Origin: Staphylothermus marinus F1
GTDB taxonomy: Archaea > Thermoproteota > Thermoprotei_A > Sulfolobales > Desulfurococcaceae
Assembly (NCBI RefSeq): GCF_000015945.1
Contig: NC_009033.1
Span: forward strand, 1,470,001-1,502,000
DNA length: 32,000 bases
Reading direction: 5' to 3'
How positions within the stretch are numbered: the first letter of the stretch is position 1; each line of letters starts with the position of its first letter. The translations under genes were made by a program, and so were the position numbers. The notes beneath the pieces are model-generated. The model ran no database searches, had not been told where the DNA came from, and was given only the letters and a program-made list of their open reading frames with translations. This document shows positions 18,070 through 27,125 of the stretch, one piece after another.

Positions 18070-19035
18070 ATGCTTATGGCTAAATCCATAATCCTACATG
18101 GTGGAGCGGGTAGTTGGAAGGATTCAAGAGTTAGGGAGAAAGCATATATTGTGATGGAGAATTGTACGAGGAAAGCATGGACAGTTCTGAATAATAGTAA
18201 TAATGCGTTGGAAGCAGTTGTAGAAGCTGTTAAATGCATGGAGGATTCAGGATATTTAAACGCTGGTGTGGGTAGTGTGCTCGATATATTGGGTAATAGA
18301 ACGCTTGATGCAGGCATAATGACTTCTAACGGTTTAATAGGTGCTGTATCAGCTGTTAAAGCTACTCGTAACCCAGTAGTTCTAGCAAGAATAGTTGCTG
18401 AGAAAACACCACATATAATAATCGGTGGTGATGGAGCAGACACTCTAGCCAAATTATATAGTCTACCACCCCTCCCACCCCCGCCAAAACATGTTGTTGA
18501 AAGATACTATGAGAGCCTCAAAAAACTATTGAGTGGAGAAATAAAGAGGGATTATTGGCGAAAAATACTGAGCTTTATAGAAAGCAATGAAAACTATAGG
18601 AGACTAGTTGAATCACTAGCTAGTTTTGCTGATACTGTGGGAGCAGTTGCAGTAGATGATAATGGATTATTGGCAACAGCAGTTAGTACGGGGGGAGTAA
18701 TACTTAAGCTTCCAGGTAGAATAGGTGATTCACCAATACCAGGTGCTGGATTCTACTCATCCAGAAAAGTTGCATGTAGCGCTACAGGCTTCGGAGAAAT
18801 GATTATAAGATCAATGCCCTGCTTAAAACTTGCAGAATACATTGATCAAGGAATGGATTTTGAAGAAGCACTAGACAATGTTATAACATATGTTAATGAG
18901 ACAGTTGGAAAAGACACAATGGGCTTCATTGCAGTGGACTATGAAGGGAGAATTGGGTGGAGATATAATACGGAAGCAATGCTTATAGGGTATATGGATA
19001 GAGAAGGCAGAGTAATAGTAAATCATAAACCATAA
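18070..19035 (+). CDS. Ntn-hydrolase of the asparaginase-2 family (isoaspartyl peptidase / L-asparaginase / glycosylasparaginase type)
   Basis: ILHGGAGS, the autoprocessing/nucleophile motif DTVGAVAVD, and GRIGDSPIPGAGFY. A proline-rich linker (PPLPPPP) precedes the predicted cleavage site. Confidence 0.85.
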   Translation: MLMAKSIILHGGAGSWKDSRVREKAYIVMENCTRKAWTVLNNSNNALEAVVEAVKCMEDSGYLNAGVGSVLDILGNRTLDAGIMTSNGLIGAVSAVKATRNPVVLARIVAEKTPHIIIGGDGADTLAKLYSLPPLPPPPKHVVERYYESLKKLLSGEIKRDYWRKILSFIESNENYRRLVESLASFADTVGAVAVDDNGLLATAVSTGGVILKLPGRIGDSPIPGAGFYSSRKVACSATGFGEMIIRSMPCLKLAEYIDQGMDFEEALDNVITYVNETVGKDTMGFIAVDYEGRIGWRYNTEAMLIGYMDREGRVIVNHKP

Positions 19036-19054
19036 CTCTTCATGGATAAAGAAA

Positions 19055-19738
19055 ATGACCCATAACGCTCAGGAATTCTGCTGGAAAAAATATGGAGACC
19101 TAATGGAGAAAACGATAGAATGGTTTAAAATAAAAGGATCAAGATACCGTGCTAAGCCATGGAAACAACTCTTCATCGAGAAATATACTCATGGAGCAGT
19201 ATTGGATCTAGGTGGGGGAATTGCTTCAACCTCTAGATATTTTTTAGATAAGAAAATCATTGAAAAACTAGTGATCGTGGATTTAGCTGAGACACCACTA
19301 CTAAGTATTAAGAACACCAATGCACTTGCCATAGAGATTTGCGGAGACATATTAGATAATATGTTTTTAGAAAACTATTTCAACACAATATATTTATTCG
19401 CAGTTCTCCACCATATCCTAGGCAGAGAATGCAGAATAGAATTGTTAAAAAATATAAAGCATATGCTTAGGAATAATGGACATGTAATAATTACTGTTTG
19501 GAACCCAGATTTAGATTCTCTAAAGAAGAAATACATGATCAAAACCTTAGAATCCGAGAAAGATGTATTAATATGTGATAGTATAAGTTGTAGATACTAT
19601 TATCTCTATGATATTGAAGAACTATGCAATGAGATAAGATACGTAGGACTCGAAATCATTGAGAAAGGATATTTTTACCAAAACACTAAGCGAAAAAACA
19701 TAACCCGCAACATATATGTAGTTGCCGAGAAAAAATAA
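19055..19738 (+). CDS. Class I SAM-dependent methyltransferase
   Basis: Motif I VLDLGGGIASTS, post-I VIVDL, and a later NGHVIITVWN segment. It lies 19 nt after the asparaginase-family gene. Confidence 0.7.
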   Translation: MTHNAQEFCWKKYGDLMEKTIEWFKIKGSRYRAKPWKQLFIEKYTHGAVLDLGGGIASTSRYFLDKKIIEKLVIVDLAETPLLSIKNTNALAIEICGDILDNMFLENYFNTIYLFAVLHHILGRECRIELLKNIKHMLRNNGHVIITVWNPDLDSLKKKYMIKTLESEKDVLICDSISCRYYYLYDIEELCNEIRYVGLEIIEKGYFYQNTKRKNITRNIYVVAEKK

Positions 19739-19875
19739 TAGGGTATGAGTATAGTTGATTTTGTTTTCTAAGCGTTTTTATTTTATGAAGTCCTTATTGA
19801 TCGCTTTGTAAAATTAAGATAACAAATACTGGTATGTGAGAGTTAATGTAAAATTTAAATGTTTTAATTTATTTC

Positions 19876-21009
19876 TTGTCTATTGGGGTTGTTGAGAGGT
19901 TATGTTTCATGTACATGTATGGTGATCATTTTAAGAGAGCTGTTGGCTTCTCTGAAGCATCCAATATTAGGCGTAATGAGACAACTGATATTGTTCATCG
20001 TCTGGGTGTTATTGCTCCTAATCGTGTCTATTTGAATAATTATCCTATTAGTAATCCCATAGCTGTTTTTAATTCTGCTCTAGCTGTTGATGAGGAGGAT
20101 GCTATATTATATGCTAGGATAATAGTTGGTTATTTCATGTATGTTTCAGCAATTATTGCGATCAGGGTTCCATTAGACGATATTTTCTCGGGTTCAGGAG
20201 ATATTAATATAAACTATTATGCTGGTCAACCAGTGGTTTATCCTTCGACAAAATATGATTTATGGGGCACAGAGGATCCTAGGGTTTACGTGATCGATGG
20301 TAAACTATACATGACATATACTGGTAGAACAGTAAATTATTTTAATCCACGTATTGGTAGGGAGAGGACTCTGCCTGTTACAGCTGTAGAGGAGGAGAAA
20401 TATTATAAGTGGAAGAAGATACACGTATATGTTTTCCCTCCAGGATTAAGAGAGCATGTTGTAAGTAATAAGGATGCTTTCTTAGTGAAGCTAAGCAATG
20501 ATCTATTATTGTTTCATAGGCCGCACATGGATGATGATGGTTTCTATCTGTTAACTAGTAGGATAGGCTTAGAAGAACTATATAGCGTAGCTGAACAGGT
20601 TAGAGAAGTCGTATTAAGGGATACTATATGGGTAACTGATAAAGCTAGTTTTGAAAGCAAAATAGGATGGGCCACGCCACCAATAAAGCTTAGGGATAAT
20701 GAAATAATTGCTCTACTCCACGGTGTAGACTATGAATTAGAAGCATATCGTCTCTTCGCAATGCAACTAGAATACTCGAGGAACGAAGGCATAATTGTGA
20801 AAGCTGTTACACCAACATATATTATGGAGCCCAAACTACTATACGAAATATTCGGTGACAGACCCTACACTATATTCCCCTGTGGATTATGGAGGCTTAG
20901 CAGAGACAAGATACTGATAAGTTATGGAGCCGGAGACTATATGATAGGGCTTGGAGAAATAGATCTAAACGAGCTCTTAAGCATACTTGATAAAGGACGC
21001 ATATATTAG
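19876..21009 (+). CDS. GH130-like glycosidase/phosphorylase (former DUF377, five-bladed propeller type)
   Basis: Segments NPIAVFNSA, WGTEDPRVYVIDGKLYMTYTG, NKDAFLV, LFHRP, IGWATPPIKL, LLHGVD...YRLFAMQLE and ISYGAGDYMIGLG follow the GH130 pattern from memory. The true start may be an internal ATG. Confidence 0.65.
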   Translation: MSIGVVERLCFMYMYGDHFKRAVGFSEASNIRRNETTDIVHRLGVIAPNRVYLNNYPISNPIAVFNSALAVDEEDAILYARIIVGYFMYVSAIIAIRVPLDDIFSGSGDININYYAGQPVVYPSTKYDLWGTEDPRVYVIDGKLYMTYTGRTVNYFNPRIGRERTLPVTAVEEEKYYKWKKIHVYVFPPGLREHVVSNKDAFLVKLSNDLLLFHRPHMDDDGFYLLTSRIGLEELYSVAEQVREVVLRDTIWVTDKASFESKIGWATPPIKLRDNEIIALLHGVDYELEAYRLFAMQLEYSRNEGIIVKAVTPTYIMEPKLLYEIFGDRPYTIFPCGLWRLSRDKILISYGAGDYMIGLGEIDLNELLSILDKGRIY

Positions 21010-21144
21010 TATTTTATGATTAATATCATAGTGATCGATCATAGATTTTTCTAGGTAAATGAATATAGATCGATTTATATGTTTATCATATTTATATCTT
21101 GTCTAGCTAATTATTATTCACTGGATTAATGGTGGTGTAGTTCT

Positions 21145-22971
21145 GTGGGCGGAATATTTGGTGTTGTTTGTAAGGAGAAGATCCGCAGGGGAGTAGTGTT
21201 TGAGGGGCTTAGACGCCTCCTCTACAGAGGCTATGACGGTGTTGGTGTAGCTTTTCTCGATGATGAAGGCAATATAGTTATTAGGAAAAAACCTGGACAT
21301 CTTGAAAAGGTTGCTAATGAAGTAGACCTATTTAATATTCCATCGAGAATAGCTTTGGGGCATACTAGATATGCTAGTCGTGGATGGCCCACGGTTGAAA
21401 ATACTCATCCTCTAACTGATTGTACTGGGAAGATCGCGGTTGTAGGAGATGGTTTAATCGAAAACTATGAAGCTTACAAGGAAAAACTAGTTAGGAAAGG
21501 ACATAGTTTCTCATCTAGAACAGATACAGAGGTTTATGCTCATTTACTAGAGGAATCAGTATTTAGGGAGAAAAAGGATCCATTGGAAGCTATTGCTAGA
21601 TATATGCGTGAGCTTAGAGGTATGTATGCTGTCGCAGCTATCATTGCTGGGAAAGAAGTATTTTATGTTGCCCATAATGGTCAACCACTCATAATTGGGT
21701 TAACACATAATAATGAATGTATTTATTTATCAAGCGATATTCCAAGCCTATATGGTTACGCTGATGAAGCATATATATTGGAGGAGGGTATGGCTGCTGA
21801 GATAAGCATAGATAATATTAGGATAATTAATGCTGAAAACATGGAGCCAATAAGTATTGAGAGATTAATTAAGAAGAGAGTAAAATACCAAGTAGAACTT
21901 GTTGGAAAAGCTGGGTATCCACATTATATGTTGAAGGAAATATATGAAATACCAGACTCTATGATCAAGACAACATATTCCTTAATGGAAAAATATCTAC
22001 GATTAGCAGCAATGATAATTTATGGTGCTAAAAACGTATATGTTATTGGTAATGGTACAAGTCTTCACGCAGGAATGGTGTCATCATATTACTTCACTGA
22101 TCTAGCAAATATAAACGTCAATGTAGTTAGCGCGGCTGAATTCCCCTATTATGCTTTGAAAAATGTTTCAACAGGTACGGTTATCATAGCTATTAGTCAG
22201 AGTGGGGAGACAAGCGATGTCATTAAGAGTGTAAAACTTGCCAAACAATATGGAGCAGTAATTATAGGGGTTACAAACGTTGTAGGCTCTCGTCTCTCGC
22301 TAGAATCAAATGTTTATCTACCAATAGGTGCTGGCCCGGAACTAGCTGTTCCAGCAACAAAAACTTTCGTATCAAGCCTTGTTGCACTAGCATTACTTGC
22401 TGGATACACTGGATTATATACTGGTAAGCTTAGCCAAACCGAGTATGTCGGGATCACTGAAAAAATACGTGAGACAGCTAAAGAGTTAAGAAAAGATCTC
22501 CAGGTCTATGATAATATTGCGGAAAAGATCTCTGAGAAACTGTTAGGATGGAAAAACATGTATGTATCAAGTAGTGGAATAAACTATCCCGTAGCACTAG
22601 AAGCTTCTCTGAAATTCAAGGAAGCATCCATAATACATGCTGAAGGTGTTCAATTAGGTGAGTTAAGGCATGGACCATTAGTGCTTATAAGAGATAAGTA
22701 TCCAGTAATTATTATAAAGCCTGTTGAAGAAGAAGCTTTACCTCTATATAATAAGGTTGCCGAGTATGTATTGTCAAAGAATGGTTTCCTAATAACAATT
22801 ACACATGATGATATAGGCTATGGCGAGGTAGTTAAGGTTAAACCCACCCATAAAATATTATCGCCAATAACCACTATTATCCCCCTACAGCTTATAGCGT
22901 ATCATCTAGGAGTAAAACAGGGATATCCAGTAGATACACCGCCCGGATTAGCCAAAGCAATAACTACATAA
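21145..22971 (+). CDS. GlmS-like protein (glutamine--fructose-6-P aminotransferase fold) with a degenerate glutaminase active site and an intact double-SIS isomerase domain
   Basis: Collinear with E. coli GlmS over its full length: EGLRRLxYRGYD, GHTRY, RTDTEV, SQSGETSD, GELRHGP and a C-terminal LAKAITT. The residue after the start is Gly rather than Cys (GGC at 21148-21150). The HNG motif reads GDG (GAT at 21448-21450). GTG start. Confidence 0.85.
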   Translation: MGGIFGVVCKEKIRRGVVFEGLRRLLYRGYDGVGVAFLDDEGNIVIRKKPGHLEKVANEVDLFNIPSRIALGHTRYASRGWPTVENTHPLTDCTGKIAVVGDGLIENYEAYKEKLVRKGHSFSSRTDTEVYAHLLEESVFREKKDPLEAIARYMRELRGMYAVAAIIAGKEVFYVAHNGQPLIIGLTHNNECIYLSSDIPSLYGYADEAYILEEGMAAEISIDNIRIINAENMEPISIERLIKKRVKYQVELVGKAGYPHYMLKEIYEIPDSMIKTTYSLMEKYLRLAAMIIYGAKNVYVIGNGTSLHAGMVSSYYFTDLANINVNVVSAAEFPYYALKNVSTGTVIIAISQSGETSDVIKSVKLAKQYGAVIIGVTNVVGSRLSLESNVYLPIGAGPELAVPATKTFVSSLVALALLAGYTGLYTGKLSQTEYVGITEKIRETAKELRKDLQVYDNIAEKISEKLLGWKNMYVSSSGINYPVALEASLKFKEASIIHAEGVQLGELRHGPLVLIRDKYPVIIIKPVEEEALPLYNKVAEYVLSKNGFLITITHDDIGYGEVVKVKPTHKILSPITTIIPLQLIAYHLGVKQGYPVDTPPGLAKAITT

Positions 22972-22993
22972 GATCCATTATTCATTTTATAAT

Positions 22994-24175
22994 TCACAAT
23001 ATATTTTCTCCCCGAACATATACGGATTCGACTCTTAAATTATTATTTAAGACTACGAGGTCTGCTGTGTATCCAGGAATTATTGCTCCAGCGTCACGTA
23101 TACCTACTGCTGAGGCTGGATTATATGTTAATGTTCTCACAGCATCTTTTAATGGGATCCCTAACTTGACAAGGTTTCTTAGTGCTTTATCCATTGTGAG
23201 AGTGCTTCCAGCAAGAGCTCCATTTCTAAGCCTACTAACTCCTTCTTCAACAATTATTTCTAATCCTCCCAAACTATATGTTCCATCAGGGAGATCCGTT
23301 GCAATTATTGAATCGGTAACAGTTACTATTCTCTCTATACCAGCATATCTTATCGTGAACTTTATCATAACAGGTGAGACGTGGATAAAGTCACATATAA
23401 GCTCTAAGTATACTTGAGGGCTTTCTAGGAGAGCAACTACAACACCTGGTTCTCGATGATGAATCTGTCTCATCCCATTATAGAGGTGGGTAGCTCTATT
23501 CGCCCCCACATATATGGCGGCTTTAGCTTCTTCATATGTAGCATTTGTATGGCCTATTGAAACATTTATTCCTAGACTCCTAGCATACTCTATAAGCTCT
23601 AACGCCCCCTTAACTTCGGGTGCTAATGTTATGGTTCTTAATTTTCCTCTTGACGTTTCCCAATACTCCTTTAACTCGCTAATACTTGGAGAACGTATAT
23701 ATTTGGGATTCTGTGCCCCCGCCTTCTCCCTGCTTATATATGGTCCCTCCATGTGGAGTCCTTCAATCAATGCCCCCTCGATTCTATCTCTTTGATAATC
23801 CATTGTTTCAGCAACACCCTTAGTAGCTATTAGGAGAGCTTCATGTGGCGCCGTCATAGTAGTTGGTAGAAACCTTGTTACTCCATGAACAGCATAGGCT
23901 TTACTCATTTCTACTAATGTTTCCACTACTTTCTCCACAGATCCTCCTAGAGAGCTTTGTGTAATATCATGTCCTCGAATACCATGGGTATGTATATCTA
24001 TAAATCCGGGAGTCAGTATTTTTCCCTCCAAGTTTTCGCCGCCGCATCTTTTCCCATAGTAGACTTTCTTAATGATCCCGTTCTCTACCTCTACGGTTCC
24101 TGGATATATCTCCTCAAAAGGTGTTATTATCCTCGCATTACTTAGAATAATTCTTCCCATAATCACCACCCACAA
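22994..24175 (-). CDS. nagA: N-acetylglucosamine-6-phosphate deacetylase
   Basis: Amidohydrolase motifs GFIDIHTHG, GLHMEGPYIS, IGHTNAT, THLYNGM and ICDFIHV. Convergent with the GlmS-like gene, 22 nt apart. Confidence 0.85.
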   Translation of the reverse strand: MWVVIMGRIILSNARIITPFEEIYPGTVEVENGIIKKVYYGKRCGGENLEGKILTPGFIDIHTHGIRGHDITQSSLGGSVEKVVETLVEMSKAYAVHGVTRFLPTTMTAPHEALLIATKGVAETMDYQRDRIEGALIEGLHMEGPYISREKAGAQNPKYIRSPSISELKEYWETSRGKLRTITLAPEVKGALELIEYARSLGINVSIGHTNATYEEAKAAIYVGANRATHLYNGMRQIHHREPGVVVALLESPQVYLELICDFIHVSPVMIKFTIRYAGIERIVTVTDSIIATDLPDGTYSLGGLEIIVEEGVSRLRNGALAGSTLTMDKALRNLVKLGIPLKDAVRTLTYNPASAVGIRDAGAIIPGYTADLVVLNNNLRVESVYVRGENIL

Positions 24176-24316
24176 ATATCCGGAGACTATATATTTTCAA
24201 CATCATTTATTATGCTCCCGAGTATTAAGCAGAGCAGAAATGATCTAATATTCTAATTTATATCTCAATAAGTTCATCTACAAACTTCTTATATAATTCC
24301 TCACACTCTTTAGGAG

Positions 24317-24380
24317 AGACTATTCGCTTATTTAAATACTAGGCTTATTTTTAGGGAATTATGAAAAACATAATTATTTG
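24317..24380 (+). repeat. Solo left-end module of the dispersed unit
   Basis: AGACTATTCGCTTATTTAAATACTAGGCTTATTTTTAGGGAATTATGAAAAACATAATTATTTG aligns with the first 60-65 nt of copies 1-3. No G+C-rich core follows it. Confidence 0.7.
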
Positions 24381-24550
24381 ATATGATTAGTTGTTGAATT
24401 CACTTTCAGAAACGAGCTCTTTCATTTCTCATCGTCTTCTCTATGTATTCTCTGCGTCGCAGTACTCTAATATACAATTATTATTACTCTAATTATTTAT
24501 GGTGAAGATTGATTATTAATTATGTAAATAGTACTTGTTGGAGAAGAGCA

Positions 24551-25069
24551 ATGAGCGTGGTCATCATAATTCCTCGCAGAGTTGCAGAGCATGCTAGACG
24601 AGAGGCTGAGAAAAAGGGTATGACGCTTGAAGAGTATATTATTGAGCTATTATCCCATAACCTCGATCCTATGGATAAAGCCATAGAATATGTTGAAGCA
24701 GCACAGGAACTTCTACGAGAAGCTGTGGAGGAGCTTGGAAAAGGCAATCTCAGGCAAGCATCTGAGAAATTATGGGGGGCTACAGCTCTAACAGTGAAAG
24801 CTTATGCACTACATAGAGATGGTAAGCAGTTGAGAAGTCATGGAGAATTATGGGAGTATAAGGATAAATTAGTAATTGAGCTGGGTGAATGGGTATATGA
24901 TGCATGGATGGCTGCAAACGGTATGCATACATGCTTTTATGAAGGATGGTGTAGCGCTAGGGATGTAGAAATAGCGATTAAACATATAGAAAAACTAGTT
25001 AATGCCGTGAAGGAAACTATGAATAAAACAAGACACAGTACAAGCTCGAGGAATCAGGGAACCTCATAA
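24551..25069 (+). CDS. PaREP1-family protein with an N-terminal ribbon-helix-helix-like segment
   Basis: PaREP1 signature EAAQELLREAVEELGKGNLRQASEKLWGATALTVKAYA. The N-terminus IPRRVAEHARREAEKKGMTLEEYIIELL looks RHH/CopG-like. I prefer the ATG at 24551 over the track start at 24509. Confidence 0.7.
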   Translation: MSVVIIIPRRVAEHARREAEKKGMTLEEYIIELLSHNLDPMDKAIEYVEAAQELLREAVEELGKGNLRQASEKLWGATALTVKAYALHRDGKQLRSHGELWEYKDKLVIELGEWVYDAWMAANGMHTCFYEGWCSARDVEIAIKHIEKLVNAVKETMNKTRHSTSSRNQGTS

Positions 25070-25271
25070 TTTATTGAGCTGTTCACTAAGTTGACCCTAC
25101 TATTTCCATCCACAAGTTTATAAGTGTATGAACCACTGGTTTGTTTTATATCTTGGCTGTTTTTAGAACGTTATATGTGGGGCTTGCTTTATAAACCCCA
25201 TATATCCCAAGTTCGTGTTAGGGGAATTTTAGCTTATATTTTTACGTGGAACTTTAAAATGGAGGAGGTTT

Positions 25272-25526
25272 GTGGCTGGTGCTAATGTGATTTATACTAT
25301 GATATCCAAGCATGTTGCTGAAGAACTATGCTTGGAGAAGATTAGTAGGAGTATGTTCAGAATTGCTAATAGTGAAGTAGCTGAATATTCTGTTTCAGAA
25401 GCATATATAGTTGTTGAAGATAGAGATGTTGTTTTTGTTTTCTATCTAGATTTTAAAGTTTATATTGTTATGATGAACTTAATATATATTGGTGTGAGTA
25501 GTCTTGGGTTTTTGGGAATCATATAA
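25272..25526 (+). CDS. Hypothetical small protein (doubtful)
   Basis: 84-aa ORF with a GTG start preceded by GGAGGAGG. No family recognised. It overlaps the symporter start. Confidence 0.25.
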   Translation: MAGANVIYTMISKHVAEELCLEKISRSMFRIANSEVAEYSVSEAYIVVEDRDVVFVFYLDFKVYIVMMNLIYIGVSSLGFLGII

Positions 25527-26766
25527 GCGGTTCCCTGTTATCTATAAGGTTGCTATTGCTTTTGTTCTAGGTATTGTTGCCGGCGTCATAGTGGGTCCGC
25601 CGATAGCTGTTATTAAGCCTCTTGGCGATGTCTTGATAAGATTATTGAAGATGATTGTTGTCCCAATAGTGTTGTTCTCTCTAGTGGTTGGTTCAGCGAG
25701 TATTTCTCCTCTTAAACTCGGTAAGGTTGGTGTAAAGATTATTGTCTACTATATTGTTACATCGGCTATAGCGGTTTTGATAGGTATAGCGATGGGGTTA
25801 TTGTTTCAGCCAGGTGTAGGAGTACACCTTGCTGGGACAGGTTATAGTGTTAAAACAGTTACTCCACCATCACCTATAGATGTATTACTTAACATTATAC
25901 CTACAAATCCGTGGGCTGCATTAGTTAATGGAAATGTTCTCCAAATAATATTCTTCGCAATAGTACTAGGTATTGCGCTAGCATATCTAAAGGATAGTAA
26001 GGATGAGAGGTTAAGAAATCTTGGCTCAACAGTTCTCAACGTATTTGATGGCCTCGCTGAAGCAATATATAAGATTGTTAGGGGAATTCTTGAATACATG
26101 CCGTACGGTGTCTTCGCACTCATAGGATACGCTGTTGCAATAACGGGGCCCGGAGTCTTAGGACCTCTAGGTGTTGCTGTAGTTGCACTATACTTGGGAC
26201 TTTTCATACATATCTTCGCAACATATGGTAGCATACTAGCAGTGTTTAGATTCAATATAATCAAGTTCTTGGCTAAAGCGAAGGATGCAATGTTAACAGC
26301 ATTCGTCACCAGGTCATCTTCAGGCACACTACCAATTACAATGAGTGTTGCAGAGGAGAAAATGGGTATTAAGAAATCCATTTATGCATTCACACTACCA
26401 TTAGGAGCAACAATAAACATGGATGGAACAGCAATGTACCAAGCCATAGCAACAATGTTCATTGCTAACGCTCTAGGAATACATTTAACCGTAGTACATT
26501 ATGGCATGATAGTTCTCACCGCAGTCCTAGCATCCATAGGAACAGCAGGAGTACCCGGTGCAGGACTAATAATGTTAGCCCTAGTACTACAAGCAGTAGG
26601 ACTCCCACTAACAGAACCCAACGTCGCCCTAGCATATTCGTTAATAGCAGGCATAGATGTAATCCTAGACATGGGTAGAACAATGGTCAACGTAACCGGC
26701 GATCTAACTGGAACATTAATTGTTGCAAAAACAGAGAACGAAACAGACTTATCCAAGTGGAAATAA
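25504..26766 (+). CDS. gltP: Dicarboxylate/amino acid:cation symporter (GltP/DAACS family)
   Basis: [24 protein letters not shown] and [10 protein letters not shown] motifs, with 8+ TM segments. TTG start. The long minus-strand ORFs inside it are shadows. Confidence 0.9.
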   Translation: MGFWESYKRFPVIYKVAIAFVLGIVAGVIVGPPIAVIKPLGDVLIRLLKMIVVPIVLFSLVVGSASISPLKLGKVGVKIIVYYIVTSAIAVLIGIAMGLLFQPGVGVHLAGTGYSVKTVTPPSPIDVLLNIIPTNPWAALVNGNVLQIIFFAIVLGIALAYLKDSKDERLRNLGSTVLNVFDGLAEAIYKIVRGILEYMPYGVFALIGYAVAITGPGVLGPLGVAVVALYLGLFIHIFATYGSILAVFRFNIIKFLAKAKDAMLTAFVTRSSSGTLPITMSVAEEKMGIKKSIYAFTLPLGATINMDGTAMYQAIATMFIANALGIHLTVVHYGMIVLTAVLASIGTAGVPGAGLIMLALVLQAVGLPLTEPNVALAYSLIAGIDVILDMGRTMVNVTGDLTGTLIVAKTENETDLSKWK

Positions 26767-26949
26767 TACTAAATACCTTTTTATCATCCATAAATAAATT
26801 ATCATCGTTGACAATTCTTTTCTCAGAGAGAATTCTTGTTCTCAAATAGAATTATTTACCTATTCAAGTTATATGTATTGCTACATCCTTATTTTATGGT
26901 GTTGTTGTTGAGGATTACCGCTACCGTTCTTGCTGGCGGTGAGAGTAAG

Positions 26950-27125
26950 AAGTTTAGGCGTTTCCCCACCCTTATTATTTCTGAGTATTTTTGATTATTT
27001 TCCATGGGTGGGGTTAGCTCTTGGTGTGGGATCACCTGCTTCACCCACACCTCATGGGGCTCGGTCGAGCCCAACGCCATGGGGCTCCCATTTGTGGATA
27101 AGTATTTTAAGCCAATATTTATTGC
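26950..27125 (-). ncRNA. Divergent member of the candidate ncRNA family (copy 4)
   Basis: The architecture matches copies 1-3 but with different helix sequences. CCCCACCC 26964-26971 pairs with GGGTGGGG 27006-27013 around a 34-nt A/T loop. GGTGTGGG 27023-27030 pairs with CCCACACC 27044-27051. GGGCTC 27057-27062 pairs with GAGCCC 27067-27072. GGCGTT 26957-26962 is complementary to AACGCC 27073-27078. A/T boxes lie at 27100-27122 on the sense-upstream side. The strand is assigned by analogy only. Confidence 0.45.

Noticed and set aside
26790-26850. Small hairpin AATTCT...AGAATT after the gltP stop, as a possible terminator
   Set aside because: It is only 6 bp of A/T-rich stem. Archaeal termination usually relies on T-runs rather than hairpins, so this is not distinctive enough to call.
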